Shown here piece by piece: positions 56,661 through 64,000 of a stretch of DNA of 64,000 bases. This DNA comes from Polyangiaceae bacterium. GTDB lineage: Bacteria > Myxococcota_A > Polyangia > Polyangiales > Polyangiaceae. The notes beneath the pieces were generated by a model, which saw only the letters and a list, made by a program, of their open reading frames with translations, ran no database searches and had not been told where the DNA came from. The stretch lies in contig JBNKBE010000021.1 in assembly GCA_050287085.1 (NCBI GenBank), positions 44,602 through 108,601 of the forward strand, written 5' to 3'. The position numbers and the translations under genes were made by a program. Positions within the stretch are counted from its first letter, which is position 1, and the number at the start of each line of letters is the position of its first letter.

Positions 56661-57380
56661 ATGAACGCGTCCTCTGTGATTCTCATCTCGTTTGTCACCT
56701 CGGCTCTGACCTCCGGCGGGGTCTACTACTTGGCCGATAGACTGATGCCGAAGGAGGCGATAGTGACGCCTCAGGAGGTAACCGTGCCGGGTCTGGTGGG
56801 TTTGACCGAGGCCGATGCCCGGACGAACTTGGCTGCGGCCGGGTTGACCATGATGCTAGGGGGGCGTGAGCCATCGGAGGACGCTGCGGCGGGTACGGTG
56901 TTGTCCCAGTCACTGCCCCCTGGCACTCGGGTAGCGGAGAAACAGCCCGTGAGCGTGGTGCTTGCCGAAGCGCTCCCGGTCGTGCCGGCGGTGGTTGGCA
57001 AGACGGTGGCGGAGGCGACGCTCGCCTTGGAGGAATCAGGATTTTCGGTGCAGGTATTGGAGCCAGCCCCTCACCCATCGGTCGAAACCGGCCTGATCAG
57101 CGCACAGAGTCCGGAAGCTGGCGCTCAGCTCAAACCGAAGCGCACTGTTACGCTCACTCCGTCATCGGGACCGGGTGTTGCCGAGGTACCCAAAGTGGTC
57201 GGCTTGTCGCTGGGCAGCGCCAAAGTCAACATCCAGAAAGCGGGCTTCAAGCTCGGCCGCGTCAGTTGGGTCGAGCTGGCCGAGCGGCAGGGCTACCTGG
57301 TCGTGCGGCAGGACCCCGCTCCGAGCGAGGATGCGATGCCAGGGGCTGCCATCGATTTGGTTGTCAATCGCGGGGACTGA
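56661..57380 (+). CDS. Membrane-anchored protein with three PASTA domains
   Basis: VPGLVGLT, VPAVVGKT and VPKVVGLS repeats with SQS/QDP motifs. Confidence 0.9.
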   Translation: MNASSVILISFVTSALTSGGVYYLADRLMPKEAIVTPQEVTVPGLVGLTEADARTNLAAAGLTMMLGGREPSEDAAAGTVLSQSLPPGTRVAEKQPVSVVLAEALPVVPAVVGKTVAEATLALEESGFSVQVLEPAPHPSVETGLISAQSPEAGAQLKPKRTVTLTPSSGPGVAEVPKVVGLSLGSAKVNIQKAGFKLGRVSWVELAERQGYLVVRQDPAPSEDAMPGAAIDLVVNRGD

Positions 57381-57452
57381 GTCGGGCTCCGGCCTGGCGG
57401 TTCAGCGCGCCGTTGGCGCGGCGATCACATCGTGCTAGCACGACGGCCCACT

Positions 57453-58364
57453 ATGACGCGTTCGAAGCAGCAGTTGCCATTCCTTCGCCGCCGCGCTTGC
57501 GGGGTCCTGCTAGTATTAGGCTGCGGACTCCCCCTGGCCGCTTGTGGCGCATCGGTGACGACCCCGCCCTCGACAGCACCGGCTCTCGCCGGCGGCGTTA
57601 GCGCTCCGCCAGAGTGCAGCCGGAGTCCATACTACGAGGAGAGCTCGGCCAATGCATTGCCGCAATACCTGACGCTGCGCATCTCCGGCACCGAAGTCAC
57701 CAGGGGCGAGCGCGCCCTATCGAGTCGAGAGCTCACGGAGTTGATTCGGGAGCAATCTGAAGGTGAGGGGATCGCCGGTGCCGCAATCTATCTTGAGCCT
57801 GACTTCTCCGGCGAGATGCTGGGTGCTTTGGTATGGGAGCTCAGCGGAGCGGGGTTTCGTCACATCGTGGTCACCAACAGCGAACTGGCTGATGCCGAAG
57901 CTCGAAGCAGTGACGCGAACGATCGGGCCGCGGCAGCTGCGAGTCCCGGCGTGCCCACGGAGCCCGCGGCCGCGCCAGAGACTTCAGAGCCGGGGCCCGA
58001 GCCTCCCGTCGCGGCGCATAGCGACTCAGGCGCGCACGTCGTCCTGAAGCCGATCGGTCTTCACGTAGGAGGCGGGCCGAACGATGATGAAACCAAGGCG
58101 CTCTACTCGGCGCCGATCGAGCGGCAATTCGATGCGCTTCGGGCCTGCCACCAGTTCGCCGAGAACCCCTCGCGCAAAGGGTCTGTGGGGGTGGATCTAC
58201 TGGTTGGGACAAACGGAGGCCGCCCGAAGGTGAAGGACTACCGCAGCGCTATCCGCGGGGAAGCATTCAAGCGCTGTGTGGTCGACGTCATGTCGCAGGT
58301 CCGTTTTCCGGCCCCGCCGCGGGCGACGGTCATCAGCTACTCAGTGCTCTACAAGCCGGAGTAG
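57453..58364 (+). CDS. Lipoprotein with an ExbD-like middle domain and an AgmX/PglI-type (TonB-C-like) C-terminal domain
   Basis: LAAC lipobox; LRACH...GSVGVDLLV...RCVVDVMSQVRFPAP. Confidence 0.65.
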   Translation: MTRSKQQLPFLRRRACGVLLVLGCGLPLAACGASVTTPPSTAPALAGGVSAPPECSRSPYYEESSANALPQYLTLRISGTEVTRGERALSSRELTELIREQSEGEGIAGAAIYLEPDFSGEMLGALVWELSGAGFRHIVVTNSELADAEARSSDANDRAAAAASPGVPTEPAAAPETSEPGPEPPVAAHSDSGAHVVLKPIGLHVGGGPNDDETKALYSAPIERQFDALRACHQFAENPSRKGSVGVDLLVGTNGGRPKVKDYRSAIRGEAFKRCVVDVMSQVRFPAPPRATVISYSVLYKPE

Positions 58365-58433
58365 CGAGGCCGTGGCTGACCGCCACAGCCCGTCGAGTCT
58401 GACCGCGCCTCGACCACCCGGACTCGGCATGTG

Positions 58434-60035
58434 TCATGGCGCCTGACCAAAACGCCACAACCACACGCCCAAGAGGCCTAGCCCACACACCAGAACCACG
58501 CCCGTGCTGATAGCTTGGTTCAACGACACGACTAGGTAGCCTGCTGCGGCCACGGAGACCGCAGCAAGGGCGTAGGGCAGCTGGGTTCGGGTGTGAGCCA
58601 GGAGCGGACACTCGCAGGCAGTGGCCGACAGGATCGTGGTGTCGCTGAGGGGGGAACAATGGTCACCGAAGATCGAGCCGTCCATCACGGCGGCGACCGT
58701 AGCGATCAGCGTCGGGGCTGGAGCGCCTGCCGCAAGCGGGAATGCCACCGGTAGAAGAAGCGCCATGGTGCCCCAACTCGACCCCGTGGCAAATGAGATG
58801 AAGGCCGCCAGGGAAAATGTGGCAAGCGGCAGGTAGGTTGCGCTCAGCGTGTCGCGAGTGAGCGTCGCCAGGTAGCGTCCGCTGTGCAGGTCTTTGGCGA
58901 TGCTTCCGAGCGCCCACGCTCCAAACAAGATCGCAAGCGGAGGAAGAGCGCTGGTGAATCCTTGGCTCAGCGCTCGCGTGGCTCGGGCCATACTCAGCAT
59001 GCGGGTGCCAACGGTGAGAAGTAACGCCGTCACCGTGGCAAGGCCCGCCGCCACGCACAGTATCATCGCGCCGTGCCGAGCGTTCTGCAGGCACTGCTGC
59101 CACGCGCTCAGGCTGGTCGGGACGATGCCACCTCCGTCGTAGACGTAGCCGGCCGCGAGCGCGAGCAGCAGCACGGTGAGGGGCAGCGACACGACGAGGG
59201 CTGGTTGCCACCCGCAGATGCTCTTGTCCGTTTCGGCTTGTGGCGACGGCGTAGCGAGCCGTCGCGCCTTGCGTTCGGCGAGCAGCATGGGGCCTACGTC
59301 ACGGCCCAGGACCGCCGTGAGCAGCACCAGACCGAGGGAGGTCAATGAGTACAAGCGGTAGGGAATGGCCGCCAAGACGAGAGCGTAGCCGTCGCACGCG
59401 ACGCCATGGTCCCCGCATAGGGATTGGAGCAATCCAGCCTCATAGCTGATCCAGGTGGAGACGACCGCGACGGCAGCGATGGGCGCCGCCGTGGAGTCGA
59501 CCAGGTATGCGAGCTTCTCCCGTGATACCCCAAAGCGATCGGTCACCGGTCGCATGCTGGAGCCGACCACAAAGGTATTGGCGTAGTCGTCAAAGAAGAC
59601 GCCGAAACCCGCGAGGACCGTCGCGAGTTGGGCACCCTGCCGGCCGCGAACCCGTCGCGTGAGTGCATGTACCAACTTTGCCGTTGCTCCCGAGGCCTCG
59701 AGCAAGCGGATCATCGCCAACATCAGCAGCGCAAAGCCGGCGATGAAGAGGTGCCAGGGATCGCTGACATTGTCCCAGACATAGCGCTTCAAGGCCGAGG
59801 GGAGCCCTGCCGGCCCGTATGTGAGGGCTGCTCCGGCAAGCACTCCCGCACCCAATGCGGCAGCCGCATTTCTCGACCCGAAGGCGATAAGCAGAGTGAC
59901 GGCGATCGGGATTAGGCTTCGCCAAGAGGGCTCGCGGCCCAACGCTCCTTCCGAAACGCCGAGAGCGCCGAGGCCAAAGTAGCCTGCGACGAGCAGAGAG
60001 ATGGATAAGATGCGTTTGAGAACTACGCGCTGCAT
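58434..60035 (-). CDS. NhaC-family Na+/H+ antiporter
   Basis: FFDDYAN, SREKLAYLVDSTAAP, TGSSWGT, FGDHCSPLSDTTILS. Confidence 0.92.
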   Translation of the reverse strand: MQRVVLKRILSISLLVAGYFGLGALGVSEGALGREPSWRSLIPIAVTLLIAFGSRNAAAALGAGVLAGAALTYGPAGLPSALKRYVWDNVSDPWHLFIAGFALLMLAMIRLLEASGATAKLVHALTRRVRGRQGAQLATVLAGFGVFFDDYANTFVVGSSMRPVTDRFGVSREKLAYLVDSTAAPIAAVAVVSTWISYEAGLLQSLCGDHGVACDGYALVLAAIPYRLYSLTSLGLVLLTAVLGRDVGPMLLAERKARRLATPSPQAETDKSICGWQPALVVSLPLTVLLLALAAGYVYDGGGIVPTSLSAWQQCLQNARHGAMILCVAAGLATVTALLLTVGTRMLSMARATRALSQGFTSALPPLAILFGAWALGSIAKDLHSGRYLATLTRDTLSATYLPLATFSLAAFISFATGSSWGTMALLLPVAFPLAAGAPAPTLIATVAAVMDGSIFGDHCSPLSDTTILSATACECPLLAHTRTQLPYALAAVSVAAAGYLVVSLNQAISTGVVLVCGLGLLGVWLWRFGQAP

Positions 60036-60081
60036 GTGGAGAGCGGCCCTCGTGGCTGGTGCGCGTCACCCGAGCGCTGAT

Positions 60082-62247
60082 TCAGCGCGCTCTCAGGACT
60101 CCAAGAACGTTGTCGATCAACCGCATTCCTGCACGATGATTCAAGGTCAGAATCGACTCCGGGTGGAACTGAACAGCCGCGATGGGCAAGTTCTCGTGCT
60201 CGATCGCCATGATGACACCGTCTTCCGTTCGCGCCGTGGCTTTCAGGGAGTCGGGCAGTGTTTCGGGGCGAGCGAATAGCGAGTGATAGCGAGCCGCCTG
60301 AAATGGAGACGGTACTCCGGCAAAAAGTGGCGTGTTGTCGTGCAGGATGTTCGAAGGCTTGCCGTGCATTGGGTAATCGAGCACCCCCAGCGAACCGCCG
60401 AAGTACTCGACGAGGCCTTGCAGACCCAGGCAGACCCCAAACACCGGCAGGCCATGGCGGAGGGCGAGCTCGATCGTGCGGTTCAGCTGAAACTGCGAGG
60501 GCGTGCCGGGTCCCGGGGAAAGCACGACCATGTCCGCTCCGAGATCGGTGAGTGCGCTTTCAGCAAAGCCACTACGCACCGTGCTCACGCTTGCGCCTCC
60601 TTGGCGCAGGTAGTTCGCTAACGTGTGCACAAAGGAGTCTTCGTGATCGACGAGTAGGATGCGGCGGCCACGGCCCGCATCCGAAGGGGGTGGCTTGAGT
60701 GGTGCTCTGCGGTCAGCTTTGAGCGCGTCTAAGAAGGCCGCGGCCTTCAGTCGCGTTTCGGCCTCCTCCGCCTGGGGATCGGAATCGTAGAGCAGGGTCG
60801 CGCCGGCTCGCACCTCCGCCATCCCGTCTTTGATGCGCACGGTGCGGAGCGTGAGACCCGTATTCAGGTTGCCGTTGAAGAGCACCGCACCCACAGCACC
60901 GCCGTACCAGCTTCGGGGAGACTTCTCTTCCGCTTCGACGCGGGCGATGGCTGCAGGCTTTGGCGCGCCGGTCACGGTCACGGCCCAGGTATGGGTCAGA
61001 AAAGCGTCCAGCGCGTCAAACTCGGGACGAAGAGTTCCTTTCACATGATCGACCGTGTGGATGAGTCTCGAATACAGCTCGATCTGGCGGCGGCCAACGA
61101 CCTCGACACTTCCGGGCTCACAGATCCGACTCTTGTCATTGCGGTCGACGTCCGTACACATCGTCAGCTCTGACTCTTCTTTGCCAGAAAGCAGCAGCTG
61201 ACGGATCTGCTCGGCGTCTTCCACTGCATTGCCGCCGCGGGTGATCGTTCCCGAGATGGGACAGGTCTCTACTGTCGAACCCTCAACGCGCACATACATC
61301 TCGGGGGAGGCCCCCACGAGATACTCCGAATCCCCAAGATTGAGCAGGAGCGCATAGGGCGCCGGATTGTCCCGTTGAAGGCGCCGAAATAGCTCGGAAG
61401 GAGCAAAGTCGCACGACTCCCGGAAGGTCTGGCTCAGAACCAATTCGAATAGGTCACCTTGCCGAAATGACTCTCGGGCGCGTTCGACGGCTGCGGCATA
61501 CTCGCCCGGCGCGTGGTCGCAAACCTGAGCGCAAGCGGGGGCTGCGGCGTATTCGGTCTTGGCTCCGCTCCGCAGAAGGCCTTCTGTTGAGCGCTCTCCG
61601 ACGCGGAAGTCGTAGGTGTGGCGCGCAGCCCTCTCTTTCTGACGGTCCACGACGATGAGTTCGTCGGGCAGGTAGAGCACTAGGTCGCGCTGGGTAGCCG
61701 GGCGGACATGCTTCAGGGGGATGGGCTCGAATTGGAACGTCAAATCGTAGCCGAAAGCGCCGTACAAGCCGAGGTGCGGCTCCTGCTCGTGGTAGAAGAG
61801 TCGCGAGAGCACACGAACTACCGAGAAGAGAGACGGTTGCCGGCTTCGCTCCTCTTCGACAAAGCGTTCGCGACGAGGGCGAACCGCGCCTGTGATCACA
61901 TCTCCGGCGACCTCGAGCTGGGAGAGGCTGGCCTCGCCTCGGAGTGCTTCGGTGATCGGCGGTAGCAGTACTCGACCGCGCTCATTCAGCGCTAAGATCC
62001 GAAAGTCGCGGTCGCGCGCTTCGAGCGCGAGGGGTGGATTCACGAAGCCGATGTCCCAGCGAGAGTAGCGGCCAGGGTAGTCGTAGCCTGACGACAGCAG
62101 CACACCGCGTTGCGTGTCGAGCGCGTCGGACAGCGCTCGAAGCTCTGGCTCGGGGGTTATCAAGGTGCTTTCACGGCGGATCTCGATGCCTCCGCGCGTG
62201 GTGTACAGAGCCGGGGAGGGAGGAAGGAGGCTAGGAATGGTTGTCAT
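60082..62247 (-). CDS. trpEG: Fused anthranilate synthase TrpE(G)
   Basis: YPGRYSRWD, SPEMYV, DVDRND, TVTGAPK, then glutamine amidotransferase DHEDSF, GVCLG, QFHPES. Confidence 0.95.
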   Translation of the reverse strand: MTTIPSLLPPSPALYTTRGGIEIRRESTLITPEPELRALSDALDTQRGVLLSSGYDYPGRYSRWDIGFVNPPLALEARDRDFRILALNERGRVLLPPITEALRGEASLSQLEVAGDVITGAVRPRRERFVEEERSRQPSLFSVVRVLSRLFYHEQEPHLGLYGAFGYDLTFQFEPIPLKHVRPATQRDLVLYLPDELIVVDRQKERAARHTYDFRVGERSTEGLLRSGAKTEYAAAPACAQVCDHAPGEYAAAVERARESFRQGDLFELVLSQTFRESCDFAPSELFRRLQRDNPAPYALLLNLGDSEYLVGASPEMYVRVEGSTVETCPISGTITRGGNAVEDAEQIRQLLLSGKEESELTMCTDVDRNDKSRICEPGSVEVVGRRQIELYSRLIHTVDHVKGTLRPEFDALDAFLTHTWAVTVTGAPKPAAIARVEAEEKSPRSWYGGAVGAVLFNGNLNTGLTLRTVRIKDGMAEVRAGATLLYDSDPQAEEAETRLKAAAFLDALKADRRAPLKPPPSDAGRGRRILLVDHEDSFVHTLANYLRQGGASVSTVRSGFAESALTDLGADMVVLSPGPGTPSQFQLNRTIELALRHGLPVFGVCLGLQGLVEYFGGSLGVLDYPMHGKPSNILHDNTPLFAGVPSPFQAARYHSLFARPETLPDSLKATARTEDGVIMAIEHENLPIAAVQFHPESILTLNHRAGMRLIDNVLGVLRAR

Positions 62248-62366
62248 GGTTGTGCTCAGCGGCTTCCCTTGGTGGGACGGCCCGTGGCGGGTTGGCCCGC
62301 GGGGGGCAGGGGGTGGAGGCCAGGCCGGCCCTGGGATAGCGAACAGAGGGGGGAGAAAACAAAACG

Positions 62367-62391
62367 AAAAAAGGCCGCCTCTCGGGCGGCC
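62367..62391 (-). terminator. Attenuator terminator upstream of trpEG
   Basis: Minus strand GGCCGCC-CGAGA-GGCGGCC-TTTTTT. Confidence 0.85.
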
Positions 62392-62441
62392 AGGACTCAA
62401 TGGTGGCTGCAGCTTCTACGGCGCAAGGGCTCGTCCTGCAG

Positions 62442-62531
62442 TCAAGTCTGGCCGCGAGCGGACTCGGTCCACCAGCGTCGATTTGACCATCGCCAAACGT
62501 CACCCAAGGCGCGTGCGCGGCCGCCCGGCAT
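62442..62531 (-). CDS. trpL: Trp-rich leader peptide (TrpL-like)
   Basis: MPGGRARALGDVWRWSNRRWWTESARGQT*: four Trp codons including a WW pair; stop lies 50 nt before the terminator; start uncertain. Confidence 0.7.
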   Translation of the reverse strand: MPGGRARALGDVWRWSNRRWWTESARGQT

Positions 62532-62729
62532 CCGGCTAATGGCCAAGCGATTGTGGGTGGCCGTCAGGCAGCCAGGCGCGCGTTCTTGTCCGCAGGCGCT
62601 ACCGGGATTGGCCACGACAGCACCGATCGCCTCTCGCGAAGTACGTCGCACTACCCGCGAATGTAGGCCGCCAGCGATGCAAGTCATTGCGCTGGTCAGT
62701 CTGCTGAAGACACTGCCTACGTCAAGTCC

Positions 62730-63746
62730 TTATTGTGGCGTTGACGGCCCGGCGTCTGACAATTCGAGCAGCTGGACGCGATTGGCTTCCGGCTCAGCCA
62801 GCAACACCCGCCGACGCGTCGAGTCGAACCCGAGGTGGACGGCGTTGATATGGGTGGCGAGGGGCTGAAAGCCGTGGGCCAAGCCGCCCAGGTAGAGAGC
62901 CTCGGCGCTTGTGCTCGAGACAATGAACTCGCTTTCTGAAATGGCCACGAGCCCGCTTAGCTCGGAGCTTGGAAGTGCAATGGCCTGCAGGCTCTGTCCT
63001 TCTGGAGAAACGCGGTGGAGGGCATTGCCCTGGGCCGTGACGATGTGCAGGCCGAGCGCGGTCACGCACAAAGCACCCGGGGAGGCCACGCGCAAGACGT
63101 CGTCGGGTCGCACGAGGTCGAGGCGCTCTACGCCCTCTGGGCGCATCCTGTACAGGGCGGAGCGCGATGACGCGTCCTCCGAAACGGTGCCCTCTTCGCC
63201 TAGGTAGAGCGTGCCGTCGGGAGCGTAGGCCGCGTGACTCAAGCGACTGGCCCCGGCGATCCTCAGGCGCTCGAGGGCAGCTCCGGTTGCTGCCGCGAAG
63301 AATTGCACGTCCGCTAGGGCTGTGACCGCCAGCGTGGCCCCGTCGGGTGATAGCGCGATGCCCCCGGACGCCTGCAGCGGCGAGGTATCGCCGTGGGAGA
63401 AGTGCAGGACGTGTGATGCCTCCTCCGTCGGCGATAGGCGTGACACAAAGCTACCCTGTCCGGGGGCCGAGCCACCCCGATTGAGTACCCAATACACGTC
63501 GCGTCGAGGATCGTAGACGACGCCACTGGGCCTATCGAGTCCGATCCCTTCGAGGCCTCCCACTTTGCGAGCCCGAGGCTTTGGTGTGTCGTGGGAGGAG
63601 CGCACCAACATCGGAACCGTTGCGGCTCGCTCCTTGGCTTGGATCGCTGGCGACTCGGGCGGCAGTGGGCCGGGACCACAAGCGCCCGCGGCTAGGACCG
63701 CTGCTGCGGCCATGAGCACTCGCGTGGGACGACGTATGACTGTCAT
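62730..63746 (-). CDS. Beta-propeller lipoprotein (SMP-30/NHL-like)
   Basis: AGAC lipobox; PSGVVYD, GIALSPDG, YAPDGTLY and LGFDS blade repeats. Confidence 0.7.
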   Translation of the reverse strand: MTVIRRPTRVLMAAAAVLAAGACGPGPLPPESPAIQAKERAATVPMLVRSSHDTPKPRARKVGGLEGIGLDRPSGVVYDPRRDVYWVLNRGGSAPGQGSFVSRLSPTEEASHVLHFSHGDTSPLQASGGIALSPDGATLAVTALADVQFFAAATGAALERLRIAGASRLSHAAYAPDGTLYLGEEGTVSEDASSRSALYRMRPEGVERLDLVRPDDVLRVASPGALCVTALGLHIVTAQGNALHRVSPEGQSLQAIALPSSELSGLVAISESEFIVSSTSAEALYLGGLAHGFQPLATHINAVHLGFDSTRRRVLLAEPEANRVQLLELSDAGPSTPQ

Positions 63747-63877
63747 GAAGCTACGACACGGCTCCGTTTCGCTGCAACCTGGGCTTCTCGCTGCAGTCTG
63801 AGCCGAGGGCCACTTTGCCGTGAAGCCTCCCACCTCAAGAAAACCGGCAAGGAGGATGGGCCTCACTTGGATGGCGA

Positions 63878-64000
63878 CTAGAGGGCGGCCGGATCCTTGT
63901 CTGAGTCGGGATCCTTGTCGCCATCGCAGAGAGCAGCGGGGTCCTTGTCGGAGTCGGGATCCTTGTCGCCGTCGCAGAGAGCAGCGGGGTCCTTGTCGGA
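63878..64000 (-). CDS. 3' end of a gene entering from outside the window, made of 16-aa repeats
   Basis: 48-bp unit present 2.5 times, reading SDKDPAALCDGDKDPD and ending in TAG; copies differ only at synonymous positions. Confidence 0.7.
   Translation of the reverse strand, partial: SDKDPAALCDGDKDPDSDKDPAALCDGDKDPDSDKDPAAL

Noticed and set aside
62248..62400. 51-aa N-terminal extension of TrpEG in the ORF track
   Set aside because: It runs through the attenuator terminator and U-tract; the ATG at 62247 fits better
63878..64000. CRISPR array at the window edge
   Set aside because: The apparent spacers are identical and variation is synonymous, so this is a coding repeat
1..64000. Many long antisense or alternate-frame ORFs (e.g. 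22586-23509, 23625-24521, 35239-36156, 50194-51339)
   Set aside because: Shadow ORFs expected at high GC, overlapping well-supported genes
1..64000. tRNA, rRNA, integrase, transposase or prophage
   Set aside because: None recognisable by eye; small RNAs could have been missed without covariance-model searches

Overview
High-GC window from a probable myxobacterium (Myxococcota, Polyangiales-like). The host assignment rests on a TIGR04563/MXAN_4361-type small protein, an elbD-like ether-lipid locus and an AgmX/PglI-type C-terminal domain. Positions 1-29145 hold a near-complete flagellar cluster in two divergent arms: flgG-A-H-I-J-M-N-K on the minus strand, and flgB-C-fliE-F-G-H-I-J-K-flgD-E-fliL-M-N-O-P-Q-R-flhB-A-F-fliA-flgF plus fliW on the plus strand. 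Between the arms sit a sensor-less sigma-54 activator, a beta-barrel gene and a Cys-rich lipoprotein gene. Seven sigma-54 promoter motifs and one sigma-28 motif are readable in the cluster. fliA carries a one-base frameshift, FliM lacks the N-terminal CheY-binding peptide, and flhG, motAB, fliC, fliD and csrA are not in the window. The remainder is housekeeping and accessory DNA: greB, an SDR, an M16 peptidase-LysM fusion, a thioesterase, rnd, a catalytically degenerate sigma-54-type activator, a HAD/LarA-like/ElbD-like operon with eroded C-terminal modules, a DprE1-like oxidoreductase, an S41 protease, slyD coupled to a Pro/Gly/Gln/Met-rich protein, two antiporters, a PASTA protein, fused trpEG with a complete Trp attenuator, and the repeat-rich 3' end of a gene at the right edge. 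All calls come from motif reading by eye; no searches were run.
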